Source of the DNA: Paraspadella gotoi
Taxonomy: Eukaryota; Animalia; Chaetognatha
NCBI GenBank assembly: GCA_051294375.1
Contig: CM119264.1
Span: 14,286,682 to 14,350,681, forward strand
DNA: 64,000 bases
Direction of reading: 5' to 3'
Under the pieces are notes generated by a model. That model saw nothing but the letters and a program-made list of their open reading frames with translations, did not search any database and had not been told where the DNA came from. A program made the position numbers and the translations under genes. Below, one piece after another: positions 49,971 to 63,750 of this stretch (position 1 is the first letter of the stretch; every line of letters begins with the position of its first letter).

Positions 49971-50408
49971 TCAAAACGATTATGAACATGTCGACAACGA
50001 AAACGACGAAGATGACGACGACCAAGACGTCGACCATGACGACGACGACTACGACGACGACGACGACGATCGACGAGATGGATGCGGGAATTTAATGATC
50101 CGTCTCGTAACTTTCGACTAAAAAACTTTTCAAATTTTTCTTTTTTCCAAATTCGTCTCTTCAGTCTTGAAATAACGAGAGAATTCTTAATTTTTTACCC
50201 AAGATATCGTTCATGTTTGGGACGTTGACTTTAGAATGCCGCAGTAAATCATTAAGCTTCATTCATGACGTTAAATTCTATGGATTTTGTAATGTCAGAG
50301 ATCAATCACAGCTACTACAAAACAAAGAATTAGATTTATTTCGTGTAAATCATTCATGCAGAAAATATTGTCTAAAACTCGGCATTTATCTCCCTCTTCA
50401 ACCACCGC

Positions 50409-50466
<58 letters not shown>

Positions 50467-51220
50467 CATTGGCGCAATCCTCGAGCCAAAGCTGTCTGCC
50501 TTTGGCTCTAGGGAGAAACATAAGACTATTTATATTTCCAGCGAGTCGAATTACTTACTACTGAGAGAGGGAGGGAGTGAGGAAGATGAAGGGGATAAAA
50601 AGAGGGATAGAAAGAGTAAGAGGAAGGGGAAAGAGTATGAGGATGGGGAAAGAAAAGAGAGAGACACCACACACAAGAAGAGAGATTTTGGGAGTTGACT
50701 TAAATGCCGCAGTAAATCATTAAGCTTCAATTCATTAACGTTAAATTACTAGGAATTTTCGTAATGTCAAGAAGATCATCACAGCTACTAACAAAACAAA
50801 GGATTAGGATTTATTTTCGTGTAAATCATTCCTGCAAGAAAAATATTGTTAAAACTCGGCATTTATCTCCCTCTTCAACCAGCGCTCCTCTCTCTCTCAT
50901 CTCTCTCAATCTCTCTCGTCTACGTTGTTTATATCTTCTCTCTCTCTCTCTCTGCTGCATCTCTCATCATCTCTCTCTCTCTCGATCTCTCTCTCTCTCT
51001 TTCTATTTTCTCTCCATTGCGGCGCAATTCCTGAGCCAAAGCTGTCTGCCTATTGGCTCTAGGGAGAAACATAAGACTATTTTATATTTCCAGCGAGTCG
51101 AATATACTTACTACCTGAGAGAGGGAGGGAGTGAGGAAGATGAAGGGGATAAAAAGAGGGATAGAAAGAGTAAGAGGAAGGGGAAAGAGATGAGGATGGG
51201 GAAAGAAAAGAGAGAGAGAG

Positions 51221-51251
<31 letters not shown>

Positions 51252-51491
51252 CGAGAAGAGAGATGAGGAGAGATGAGGAGGAGAAGACGCAGAGAGAGAG
51301 GTGAGAGAAAAAATCATTTCAAAAAATTCAAATTACGACGAAGAAATTGGAAAGCCTTGAGTCGACACAAGCAGCGGACTCGAACCTCTCGGCGATTTTA
51401 TTTTTATTTTTAAGATTTTTTGAGTGTAAATTGTAAAGAAAAAATGAAAGAGAGAGAGAGAGAGAGNNNNNNNNNNNNNNNNNNNNNNNNN

Positions 51492-51527
<36 letters not shown>

Positions 51528-51803
51528 TCAAGGGTAGAGACACTAACAAAGACAGACTCAAACACGAACTCTTGACAAATTTCAACGCTATGTATAAACT
51601 AAAACTGAAAATATTCAAAACTTATTAAAAAATTCCAAAAAAAATTAGGAAAACTGAAAAGAGAAGCCAGGACACGAGGAAGAGGAAAATTCGGATGAAA
51701 AGAGAAGAGGAGGAGGAAGAGGAAAGAAGAGGAAAATAACCATTAGCCATTAACGAACATAAAACGGTTTAATCCAGCGAATATCTTTTCCAATCTTCGA
51801 ACG

Positions 51804-51843
<40 letters not shown>

Positions 51844-52688
51844 TTCCCGACCCTCCACCATCTTTTCTTTCCTTTTTTTTTCTTCGCCCACTCTCTAATC
51901 ATTTCTCCCTACGTCGTTTTTATTTCTATCCGCGGTCGACGCTCCACCTTTCTTTTCTTTTCTTTTCTTTTTTCTTTTTCTTTTTTTTTCTTTTCTTTTC
52001 TTTTTTTTCTTTTCTTTTCTTTTATTCCGTGCCTCCCACGCGTTTGATTTTTTTATCCCTGGCCTTCTGTTTTGTAATCCTTCTATTCCTTTTATTTTAC
52101 TTTCTTTTGTCATAAAACCTTAAATGTATCATCTTTCTTTTCTTTCTCTTTCACCTTCATTTTCTTCCTCGTCCTGTATTTCCCCTCTTTCTCCCTCATC
52201 GACCCTGCGTTCCTCACCCCCAAAAATCGCGCAGACGAAAATGATGGAAAAAAAAAACTTTGAATAATGAAAAGAGTAATAAAAAAGTGGCTCGCCCTTC
52301 CCGCAGCGCGGCGTAGCGGGTCGCGGCGTGGCGCGATAGTGGTTGTCGGCGTCGGATTTCGTCGGTGGTGAGGGTGGCGACCGCGGCGGTTGCGGCGTCG
52401 GCGGCGTCGTTAATGGAGAGGGCTGCGGCGAATTGTTCGTCCTCCGGCGTCGAATGTCGTCGTTGGATTTAGCGCCGAAGTTGACGTTTGGCGGAGGAGA
52501 GGAGGTGAAGAGACGATGACGCCGAATTCGCGGGTGGCGCCGGTGAGGACGCGCGAGGAAAGCCGCCCACGGTGGCGACGTCGGCGGCGCTCTGGGCATA
52601 GGAATTGGGATGTAGACGGCGGCGGTGAATTCGATCCACAACGAGGTTTTTTCCCCGCCATTTCTTCCGAGTTTCGCTGACTAAAAAA

Positions 52689-52729
<41 letters not shown>

Positions 52730-53508
52730 AAAAAGCGTTGCCAAAGAATTCAGGGCGAATATGATAAGAGAAAGAATGAATATTACGAGGAAAAGGGGGA
52801 AAAAAGAAAACCAGTAAGCGATGAAAAAGAAAGATCTAAAGTTATTAGAATATGATGGATATATTAAAGAAGAGATTAAAGGCACAGCGAAGCCAAAGTG
52901 TAAAACAAAATTGAAAGATATCGAGTACGAAATTGAAAACACACACCTTCTCTTTGATTAAAATACTACCTCCCCTTTTTTAATTTTTTCAACTTTATTA
53001 TTATTAGGTTCAAATTGAAGAAATTGTTAAGGTTGTTTGTCTCCTTTAAATTGATTTGATATTTCTGAAAACTTTTAGTTACACTTTGTTTTGTTTTGTT
53101 TTAAAACATTTTATTTTTTAATAGTTTTCTTCTTGGTTCTTTCATTTTTTTCCTTGTTTGATTTTTTTCCCTTTTTTTTCTGCCTTTCTTTCTCTATTTT
53201 TTCTGTTTTATTTTTTCTTTCTTTTTTCTTTCTTTATTTAGACTTTTCCCTCTTTCTTCATTTCATCACTCTTCTCCTATTTTCCACCGGATTTATTTCT
53301 TCCCAAATCCTTTTGTCTTTTTTTTTCTTTTTTACTTCCTTTCTTTCCTTACTTCCTTCTGCCTTTCTCCTTTTTTCCTTTTCCTCAAAGATTTTCTCAT
53401 TTTTCATTTCCACGCAGCACCACTTCCGGAAAATAACATAGAAATTGGTTTTTCCCTTCAATCGAAAGAAAACGAGTAAGATGAGAGAGAGAGAGAGAGA
53501 GACGAGAG

Positions 53509-53566
<58 letters not shown>

Positions 53567-53723
53567 TGATTGAGAGAGAGAGGATTTGATCTAAAAGTCG
53601 ATGAATGAGAGATCGCGGACGGATGGGAATAACGAATGTGTGAATAGCAGATTTTGGAGAAGCGGAATGCAAGTACATCTGAAACGGAGATATATATATA
53701 TCTCTCTCTCTCTCTCTCTCTCT

Positions 53724-53761
<38 letters not shown>

Positions 53762-56700
53762 TCTCTCTCCCCCCATTCACCGGCGTTTTTCCGCATGGAG
53801 AGGGAGTTGACCCCGTGAGTCCTCAGCGCCGAGTAGTAGAAAGTTGTTGAACTCATCGAAGGACTTTTCCCTCGTAACTTCCCTCTAGCATGTCGACGAA
53901 GGGCTTGAGCCCCTCCCCGCCCAGTTTCGACGCCGCCTCCAAAGACGCCACGTTGACCTCCCACATGAGGACGCAAGCGTCGCCGCCTCCCGCAGTGAAG
54001 ACGAATCTGGGAAAGATGTTAGACGAGGCTTGTGGAAAGAAAGGGAACAACGACGACGATCCAATCTTAGCACTCCCAACATCTCTCACCTTCCTCGGTG
54101 ACACACCGCCAGAGCGATAGAGGAGGCGGCGGGATGCGCCGCGTACGCCACGGAGTTGTGCGGGTTTCCGTCGAGCGGCATCAATTGGAGACCGACTTTT
54201 TGTGCGGTGGTAAAGGCGGCGTACCTGCGCCCGGGGGAAAGAAAGGGTTATGAAAGAGCGGAGTGAAGCTTTCTCTTCTCTTTTGGAATCGCTCGTCAAC
54301 CTGTGCCCGTCAACGGTCGTCTGCTGGAGAATATTGTTCATCAACGTGTCGTGCTTGCGGCGAGAAGAGATGGAGCTAAAGAGAGAAAATAGCTGGGATG
54401 ACCTTCGCTGGGAAATTCTTATAGTAGTCACGCGGCAACATAACTGACCTCGTGCGCCGCGGTGCATCGTTTCCCGCTTTTCTAAAAAAAAAAAGAAAGG
54501 AAGTTTTAAAAAAAAATAAAAGCAGAGAATTGAATAAGAATCTAACTCTTCGTAACCTGTTGTAATTTGTGTTGAGTGCCAACGGATCAGCGAGACCCTT
54601 CGGTAGGACCTTGATGTACCTGAAAAAAAATATCAATGCATCAACCACGACGATGACAACAACAACAACAACAACAACGAACTAATTCCACCTCGCGGGG
54701 CTCTCGTACGTCGGACCCAAAATCTTCCTCCGCGTGACGAACGTGTTGGCGTTGACGAGGCGATATTTGTAGTCACTGTTGACCATCATCAGGACAGGTT
54801 CGGCCGATGGAAGCTTTTCTGAGGTAAGAAGACAAAAGCAATCCTTTAATCAAATCAAAAAGTAATAAATCAATAAATCAATCAATCACCTTTTTGCTTG
54901 TCCTTCTTATCCTTCTTTTCTTTAGGCTTCTCATCCTCCATGTAGCGAAGCGAGTCTCGGTTCGGCCGAGGTTCCATTGTGTTAAAAAGTTCCGCGGGAT
55001 ACCTTGAGAAAAGGGAGGAGGCCGATTTGGAGCCTGGCTCGAGAACTTTGGCGGGAATTTTGGTCTTTTATATTTCTTGATGGTTTGACGGTTTTTTTTT
55101 TAAAAAAAATGTTATGAAACCCCATCTCGACGACCAGGTCGAATTGGTTTCATCGCGTTGTTGAAATGATTCTTACCACACCATCGCCATCGGAACCGAG
55201 GACTGCTCGATCCTCTCTCTTCTCAGAATCGCCAGATCGTCCTCCACCATCTCGTCCAAGTTGTACTCGACCAAATATCGATCCTCCGACAAAGAAAAAA
55301 GCCGCGGAAACTGCAGCAGTTTGTCCCGTTTCTGCCGCCGACGCTGCTGCTGCATCACCTGCGGGCGACGACGGTTGGGGTCCTGCTGCTTTTTCTGTTT
55401 GGGGAAAAAGGGATGGGCCGGAGGATCGGATCAAATCGATGGATCAATTATTTAGACAATGAATTAATGAATGAATCATCCTCGAGACCTTTCGATCGTC
55501 CTTTTCCCCCATTCTCTGTTGCAGTCTGGCCTTCTCCTCATCATTCAGCAACGGCTTGGCACCAAAGACCAAACTAGTGATTGGTTTGTAATGTGCCCTG
55601 TGACACGCCACGTACTGATACTTGGGCAGGACTCGGTCCAATTCTGGAAAAATTTTTAAAAAATATATATTAAATTACTGACAAAATTAACAAATTAACA
55701 AATTAACAAATTAACAAATTAACAAATTAAAAAATTAAAAAATTAAAAAATTAAAAAATTAAAAAATTAAAAAATTAAAAAATTAAAAAATTAAAAAATT
55801 AAAAAATTAAAAAATTAAAAAATTAACAAATTAACAAATTAACAAATTAACAAAATAATCTACGTAAGCTGTATTTCGTATCCTCGACCGAATAGATTTT
55901 CTTGAGGTCTCGAACAATTTCGTCATCCTCGACCCCGGTCCGGCCTCAACCCTCCCTTCTTTTCCTCATTGATCACTCCCCCCCCCTCAAACGAACCCGT
56001 AAGCGTCCAATCGTCTCCCTCGTCCGGCGCCATCTTGGAAAAGACCGGATCCCGCCGATAGATGGAGACGCAGAAGGAGGCGTCGGCGGCGGCGATGAAG
56101 ACGTCGTCGTGAGAGAAGGCGAGGTTCGTCACGGCGTCGGTTTTGAAGGAAATCGGAGGGCGAACGTCTTGAAGGGTCGGGGGAGTTGGAGTGGGGTGAT
56201 GGGAGATGTGGGTGGGTGAGTGGGGTAATTGGGTGGAGGGGAAGACGGTTAGACGATTTAAAATAAAATGATATTTTAAATGTTTTAAATTTAAACGAGA
56301 AAAATATGGATAATTAATTTACGGATCAATCAAAAACGACGAATGATCCAACGGATTAACAAAACTAAGTTTTGATTCGCATAAATGAATATGCGTATTC
56401 ATTTACCATCGGGTCCCAGTCCGCCCAAAGAAACGGTGTCCACCACGTAGATCCGCCCGAAAGCGTCGCCCAGCGCCACGAACAATCCTGGCGACCGAAG
56501 AGGCGTTCGATGATTCGCTTCGATAAGAAAATCAATCACTGATTCTTCGTTGCACCTTGGGGACTAAAGACGCAGCATTCCCACTTGAGGCATTTGTGAT
56601 GCGCGGCCGTCGTCGATGCCGTAGACTGCGACCGCTTGGGTATGCTGCCGCCGCTTTGTTTGAAAAAAAAAAAAAATAACGAAATACATCCCTTGTCAAC

Positions 56701-58047
56701 GGGTGATCTCGGTTAAATTCCATTAATTAATTGTTTTGTCCTTAAGCTCTCTTCAAGCCCTCTCACAATCAGACAGAATAGTCGATACTCTCTCATTATA
56801 CACTAATGAGTAGTGAAAGTTGCAGATCCAAATTCGAAAATTTTTTTTTTTTTAGTTTCTCAATTTTCGCATACGCCCATATTTTTGCTACGCTTTATTA
56901 TACACTGTCATTATCCTAAGAATTAACGACTGCCTTATACAAAATCTTAAAAAACCAGGGCGACTCACCCTTTGGCGCTGGCTGGACATTGACACGACGG
57001 TTTCGATCCCAGCGGCCATCTTGCTTTCTCTTCACTTCTACAAAGGGGAATTGCAAATGGTAATCGCGTTTAACGCCATCTCACGCCATCGTCACGTCAT
57101 CGTTCTGCCATCTCGCAACGTCTCAACGGCATCACGAGTCACATCCCGAATTCACTTTCACCTCTCATAGTCCCATAGTTTCACAAGTCCAGAATGACCG
57201 GCGAAACAGAGAAGGGGTTTCTTCGGGTGAGTCGCGATCGCGTGAATCTCACCGAAATTTTCGTTGAGCACGTTCACGCCTGTCAAAATGAGTCGGCCGT
57301 CGTTGTTCGGGGGCATAAATATCAGTCACTTCCGCTGAAAACATCAATGTCTTATCATTTTTCTCGCGCTTACCCCGGGGGGGTGTATCCGTTCCTTGAA
57401 AAAAATAACGGTAAAATTGAAAGGAGGAAAACAAAAAAACACAAATCTCGACCGAAACCAACGATGAAGAACAAAGTAACGAAAACAGAACAAAACATTT
57501 CCAAAGAGAAAACAGAACAAAACAGTTCCTAAAAGAAAATAGGAGAAAAATGTTAAACGGAGGGAAAAAAAAGAGTTGAGCTCACATTTGACATGAAAAA
57601 CCTATAACAACACCAAGACAAAGTAAAAGCGGAAAAAGGGAAAATATTTGTTAAATCAATTTTTGTTAGTGGCTTCTTTCCCCTTTTTTTACCCTTTCTT
57701 TAGGCCGATGGTAATAAATTATAAGATTCTTTGGGAAATCCGGGTCGAACTTTCCCTTCTTCAGTTTATTCAGTTTTTGTCTGGAAATCCTAAAGAATCA
57801 GCTACTAACGAATGCATATCGAGATTCCTTTTTTTAAGCGATAATCCACGGAAACGGATAGTAGACCACGGAACGACCACGGAACGACCACGGAACGACC
57901 ACAGAACGACCTCGAAATCGAATACGACCCTTGGCTGACCTTTCGTTGCGTAATCTCCGATATGACAGACGCCCGCATCAGAAGTTGCGATGACGAAGTC
58001 AGGACAGAAGAAAGGGGGCGATGCCATCTGAAGGGGGAATATTAAGG

Positions 58048-58138
<91 letters not shown>

Positions 58139-60333
58139 GACTTTTGGTGAATCGCCAACTCCGACATCGTGAGGTAACGGGGGCGAGTGTCGGTCGAAAG
58201 ATATGCTCGTCAGGGCGCCTTGCCTGAATACGAATTAATGAGTCATGAATGAATTAATGAATGAACATGACAAATTTTGAGGCCATGAATCTCGAAAAAA
58301 ATTCTATTTAAAAAGACAAACGGTTGTGTCAAAAAAAAACAAATTACAACTAACACTTTAACACAAATTTCATTAAAGTTTTGTCTCCCTTAATTGGGCG
58401 TAGCGATATACCTGGGAAGGACGTGAAGTTTCTTGTGCGGAAATTGAACGAGTTTCAAGTGTTTGTCGAAAAAGTGAATTTGTCCTTTGTTGTCGCCGAC
58501 GACGATGATTCGCTCCATGGCGTCGTTGTTGGGATTTTCCTCTCCCGGAAGTGGGCGTGGCGGCGGGTGATACTGAAGAAGAAAAAAAAAACCAAAAGAA
58601 CGTCGACGTGACAATCACGACGATCGACTTCACGGACGCGCGACCACGAAAGGCGTTTAATAAATTAAGACTAAGCGACGATAACGATGACGAAGGTGAC
58701 GAGAACTTCGAAGACGACCCCACGACAATGACGATTAAGTGTCGCCATAACTCACGACGGCGCTGGCGGCGGGAACGGCAGTCAGAACCGTGAAACTCCG
58801 CAGGGGAGAAGATTCCAGCAAAGTGAACAATTTGTGAGGCTTCTTGTCGTTGGGCATCACCTGAACCGAAAAAAATGGGGAGGAAGAGGGGTAGAAGAAG
58901 AGCGGGGGGAGAGAAAGAGAAGGAGAAAGGGAGGGAAGCCTGAAAAAAACTCGTCGATAATCGTTTTGATTTCAGTTTGATCATTTTAGTCGAGAGAGAG
59001 AGAAGAATTTCAGAATTCGTAACACGTCGGTAAATTTAAACTTAAAAAGACAATTTAAGATTATATAAACCTTGGAGTGATGGGGATCTATTTGCGTCCA
59101 CCATCTCGCCGCTTTCTTCGGTCGGTCGGTCAAGACCCATGATACGATTTTTCCAGCCGACGTGGCGGTCAAAGCTTGGTGCGGCTCGTCGGTGTGGTAA
59201 ATCGTCTGGCTTTTTGAAGAAGAGGGAGTTTTTGAGGCGCGGGGATTTCGGATCCGAAGAGTTACTCGTTTGGAAAAGTTGATTAGTGGAAAAACCAAAT
59301 GTTTTTTTTTTTAATATCGATGCATTTCGGCGTCAGTGGAGGAAGGGGTTGAAGGAAGGAGTTGAAGACGAGCTCGGTTCAGTCGTTCTCGGCATCGATG
59401 CTACTTGAGAGACTGACAAACCTGTATCTCCCGACGACCTCGTTGAAGGTTTCGTCGTTGAGAATCGGAGCTTTGATGTCGATTTCTCGATCCCCGTAGG
59501 CAAAGAAGAAAACCTGAAATCAATCAATCGATCAATTCAACAATTTAGCTCTTCAATTAACCAAACGTATCGATAAAATATATTAACTTACCCAATAAAT
59601 AAACCAAACGAACAAACCTGGGACTCGGAAGTCGTGGCAAATTCGAACGGATTGACTTCGTTGAAAATTAAGTGTTCGTGCAATCCGTAAGCTGACCAAA
59701 GAGCAAACACTAATTACGTAGAAAATGTTTCTTTTAAATAAAAATATTAGCAAATAAGAAACGAATACCGACAGTATTCAAAGAGAACTCGAAAAATAAG
59801 CTAGAAAAAAAAATATTTTCCGGCTTCAACTCGGACGGTCTGGCAATGGGCGAACCATGAAGGGAAATGCGTCCTCCTTTACCCGGATCTAATTGAATCG
59901 CCGCCATGGGGACTGAGGTTTCTTGAGACCAATCCCACACGCAGGCTTCCTGCCAAATATTTTGTGAGGGGGGGGGGAGAAGAGAGAAAAGGAACGTCGA
60001 AACTTTTAATTTTCGGGGTGGAAAATGAAATGAGAGTACAGAAAATGTTCAAATTAAAAATATTTTCATTTTGGTTTAAAATCCTCACCCGGCAACGATG
60101 CGTTGTAGTAATCTTCCACGATGAAATAAGGCCCATTCCGAACACACACACGCACACACACATAAGCTCGCATGCACGCATACACCGAAGGCCTTACATT
60201 CCCACAAGACAAAAAACTCGTCGCGCATTCAACGCAGCGTACGCGGTACGCGCCTGGGGGACAAAGGCAGAGATGGCACCGAGATACGCTCCGGGACCGA
60301 AAGAGAAATTCATCGCCGTTATCCCTCCTTTGC

Positions 60334-60403
<70 letters not shown>

Positions 60404-60937
60404 GTTGTAGTCGGTGAACACATAAGAGAAGCTGGCAGATTTTAACGATCGGCGCAGGTGCCGCCGGAGGTGCCGAAGAAACAGGTGCGAAGAAAAATCG
60501 TTTTAATCAAAGACATTTTCTCTCATCGACGTAAGAGGGCTCGAGAACGACAAAAAAAGAGCAAAAAAAAAATTGATGGATAAAAACGAAATAATATTTC
60601 ACAACGGCGTATTATCTGAATATTAATCAATAATCAGTAAAGAAAAATTCATGAAAAGGTTTAAAAATAAAATCTAATTTGTCATATTTCAATTGAATTA
60701 GTAATAAAAAGAAATGTTATGTTAGGGAAAACTGGGCTTGAACGATTTCTTCCACACTTATTATAATTTTCCACACCTTGAAGAAAATTAAATCCATTGA
60801 GAAAGACAATTGGCGAAATCTCTCCCCAAACAAGCGACTGTCATTGTTTATCCCATTCGTTGATGATTGAATCCCATCGGATAATGGATCTGACAATTAC
60901 CTCATCACCGCCGCACTTTCTTTGTTTCTTTCCTGCC

Positions 60938-61025
<88 letters not shown>

Positions 61026-61347
61026 CTTTCATCAACGATAAGATGTCTTTTAATCTCAAGTCTTTGTGAGTAAACAAAAAAAAAAAGAAAAACAAAGAAA
61101 ATGATTTTTCCCTTTTGTTTTCGACACGGAAATCATTTATATCCGCGGCGCTGGCGGCCGACTCTTCTCGGTTCTCCCCTTTTCCTCTCATTCTCAAGAT
61201 GCGTCGATGTCATCCTTAACTCCATCGGCTTTTCGCCTTTTCGTTATGGTCGTTCTTGCTATTTGTACGCCCCTGTACGTATTGATCGTCATCGTGGGTT
61301 ATTTTCGGGTCATCCGGCCAATTAACGACTGGAAATTAAACATTCTT

Positions 61348-61397
<50 letters not shown>

Positions 61398-61412
61398 TCT
61401 CTCTCTCTCTCT

Positions 61413-61478
<66 letters not shown>

Positions 61479-63690
61479 TCTCCCCAAACTAACTTGGGGA
61501 TTGCACGTCTTCCCTCTCCAGTTCATCCATGAAAATCGTTTTGACGGGAAAATATTCGTTCGTTTCCCAAACGATGATCGAATTTGAAGAACCTGAGCGT
61601 CGTTCGTTCCATCCAACGACATGGAACGTGAAAGTTTTGAGATCTCTTTTACAAAAGCGCCCTATTTCTTTTCCTTAATAACTGAACTTAATTTGACCCT
61701 TAATTTTTTACCCTAATCAGCGACCCAACCGACATTCCAATATCCCTAATTCTTAACCCTAGCTTAATCCATAACCCAAACAGTAAACCCTTTTCCCTAA
61801 CCACAATCCTTAATCTAAAACCCTACCCTTCAACCCAAAAACATTAACCGAATCTCTACCCCTAATCCATAACGTAATCCCTAACCTTTATCGGCCGTGG
61901 CGAGCCACTTCTTGTCTTCGCTGACGCAGACGGCGCTGACTTCGCCTCCGTGACCTTGGAGGATTCTCTGATTTCCGGTGGCGAGGTCCAGAACCACGAG
62001 GACCTGAGGGTCACGAGGAGGAGGAGGAGGAGGAAGAGAAGGGAGGGGGGGGCGGTTGGATAAAAGATAACGGGGGAAAAAAATGGAAATAAGGGAAAAA
62101 AAGGCAGTTCAACAGCGAACGGCGGAAAACGAAAAAAAATTACGGAATAATACAGAAAAAAAAAGGCACCGAGATGGAAACCGAAAAAAAAAAAAAAAAT
62201 TCCGGTTGTGAGGTGACTGGAAACAAATGAGAACCGTTCTTTAAAAAAAAAAATGGCGATGGGAAAATTTAAAAAAAATTAAGGGTTTAGAACAGAAATG
62301 AAAAATCCTCGTTGGGAGAGAAAAAAAAAATAAAACCTGCGCGCAGGCGTAACCGATTTCCTGACGAATGTTCAGTTTCTCTTCTTCATCGTCGTCGTCC
62401 TCTTCGTCGTCCTCCTCTTCTTTCTGGACGGCATTAGTGTTTTTCTCCTCGTCGTCGTCGTCGTCGTTGGCGTTGGCGTTGGCGTTGGCGTCGGCGTTGG
62501 TGACGCGAGAGTATATGTCGTCCTCTTTCTCTTCCACTTCGTAGACGGTGAGGTTCACGGGAGCGACGTTCTTGTTGATGCCGCCTGAAAGGACGTCGGG
62601 GGGGGGGCGGTGGCGAGGGGGGAGAGAGGAAAGGGGGCGTGGCATTAAAGAGGGCATTGACAAACTATTCGGCGAATATCCCGGCCTGTCATCTCTCGCA
62701 ATGAAGAATGAGAAGGTCGACGACGAGAAAGACGCCCACGAAGTTTCGGTCATTCTTGGACGAAGGGATTTAAACGAACAGGTCCTTGGTTCGCGTCTCC
62801 TCCACGTTTAATATTGGACAATTTTTTTTAAAAAAGGGATTTGATTTGAAGTTCAAAACAGTTTCCATTACTAAAAAGTAGTGACAACGATGTCAAAGGC
62901 CAACCAGACCAAGTTGGCATCGTCCATTCAAAATCCTTTATCATTCCAATACCCGTCCAAAATATATCCAACGCCGCGGCTGTGGGAGCCGGACCCTTTG
63001 TCATCATCAAGTCCGACCCTCTCGTCTCCGGCGGTCTCCCCAACAACGCCTTCCTCTCCCTAAAGACAGCGGCGGCTTTGGCGGAGAGATGACGGTGTCC
63101 GCTTTCCGACGGGCGCTTCTTTCGACGCCGCTTTCGATGTCCCTGAATCTCGAAGGTGATCGGCTCGGACTCTCGCTGATCCCACTGAACGTCAGGCGGC
63201 GTCATCGGCATCGTCGGTTCATCGGGCGTCGGCGGGATCGGCGTCGGCGCCCCCGCGTGGGGGACGGAACTTCCGTCGTCCATCGATTCTAAAGGCGCGA
63301 TTGAGACTTCGAAAGATCCTTCCAAGATGGCCGCCTGGATCATGTCATAGATAAAGATCGCTGAGAAAGAAGGGATATCTATAATTGTTGACAATGCTGT
63401 TATGATAATGATGGAAAATAAATAATTTAGCGGGTTAAAGAAAAAAGCTATTTTGGTCTCTCCTCTATTCCACATAATACACATTCATCGTAACCAGCAT
63501 CAAAACGAGAGGAGCTCGTTTGATCAGAGAGAGAGAGCAAGCTGCAGTTCCGGACGCACCTCGCGTCCGACCGACAGAGTGTTCACCGGAGCCGGACCGG
63601 GAAGAACAGTTTTGCTCGGCACTTCAGAATCGAAGACACTCACGTCGTGGCTTGTCTCTTGCTCCTTGAATGAGAGAGGGTGTCGGTATT

Positions 63691-63750
<60 letters not shown>

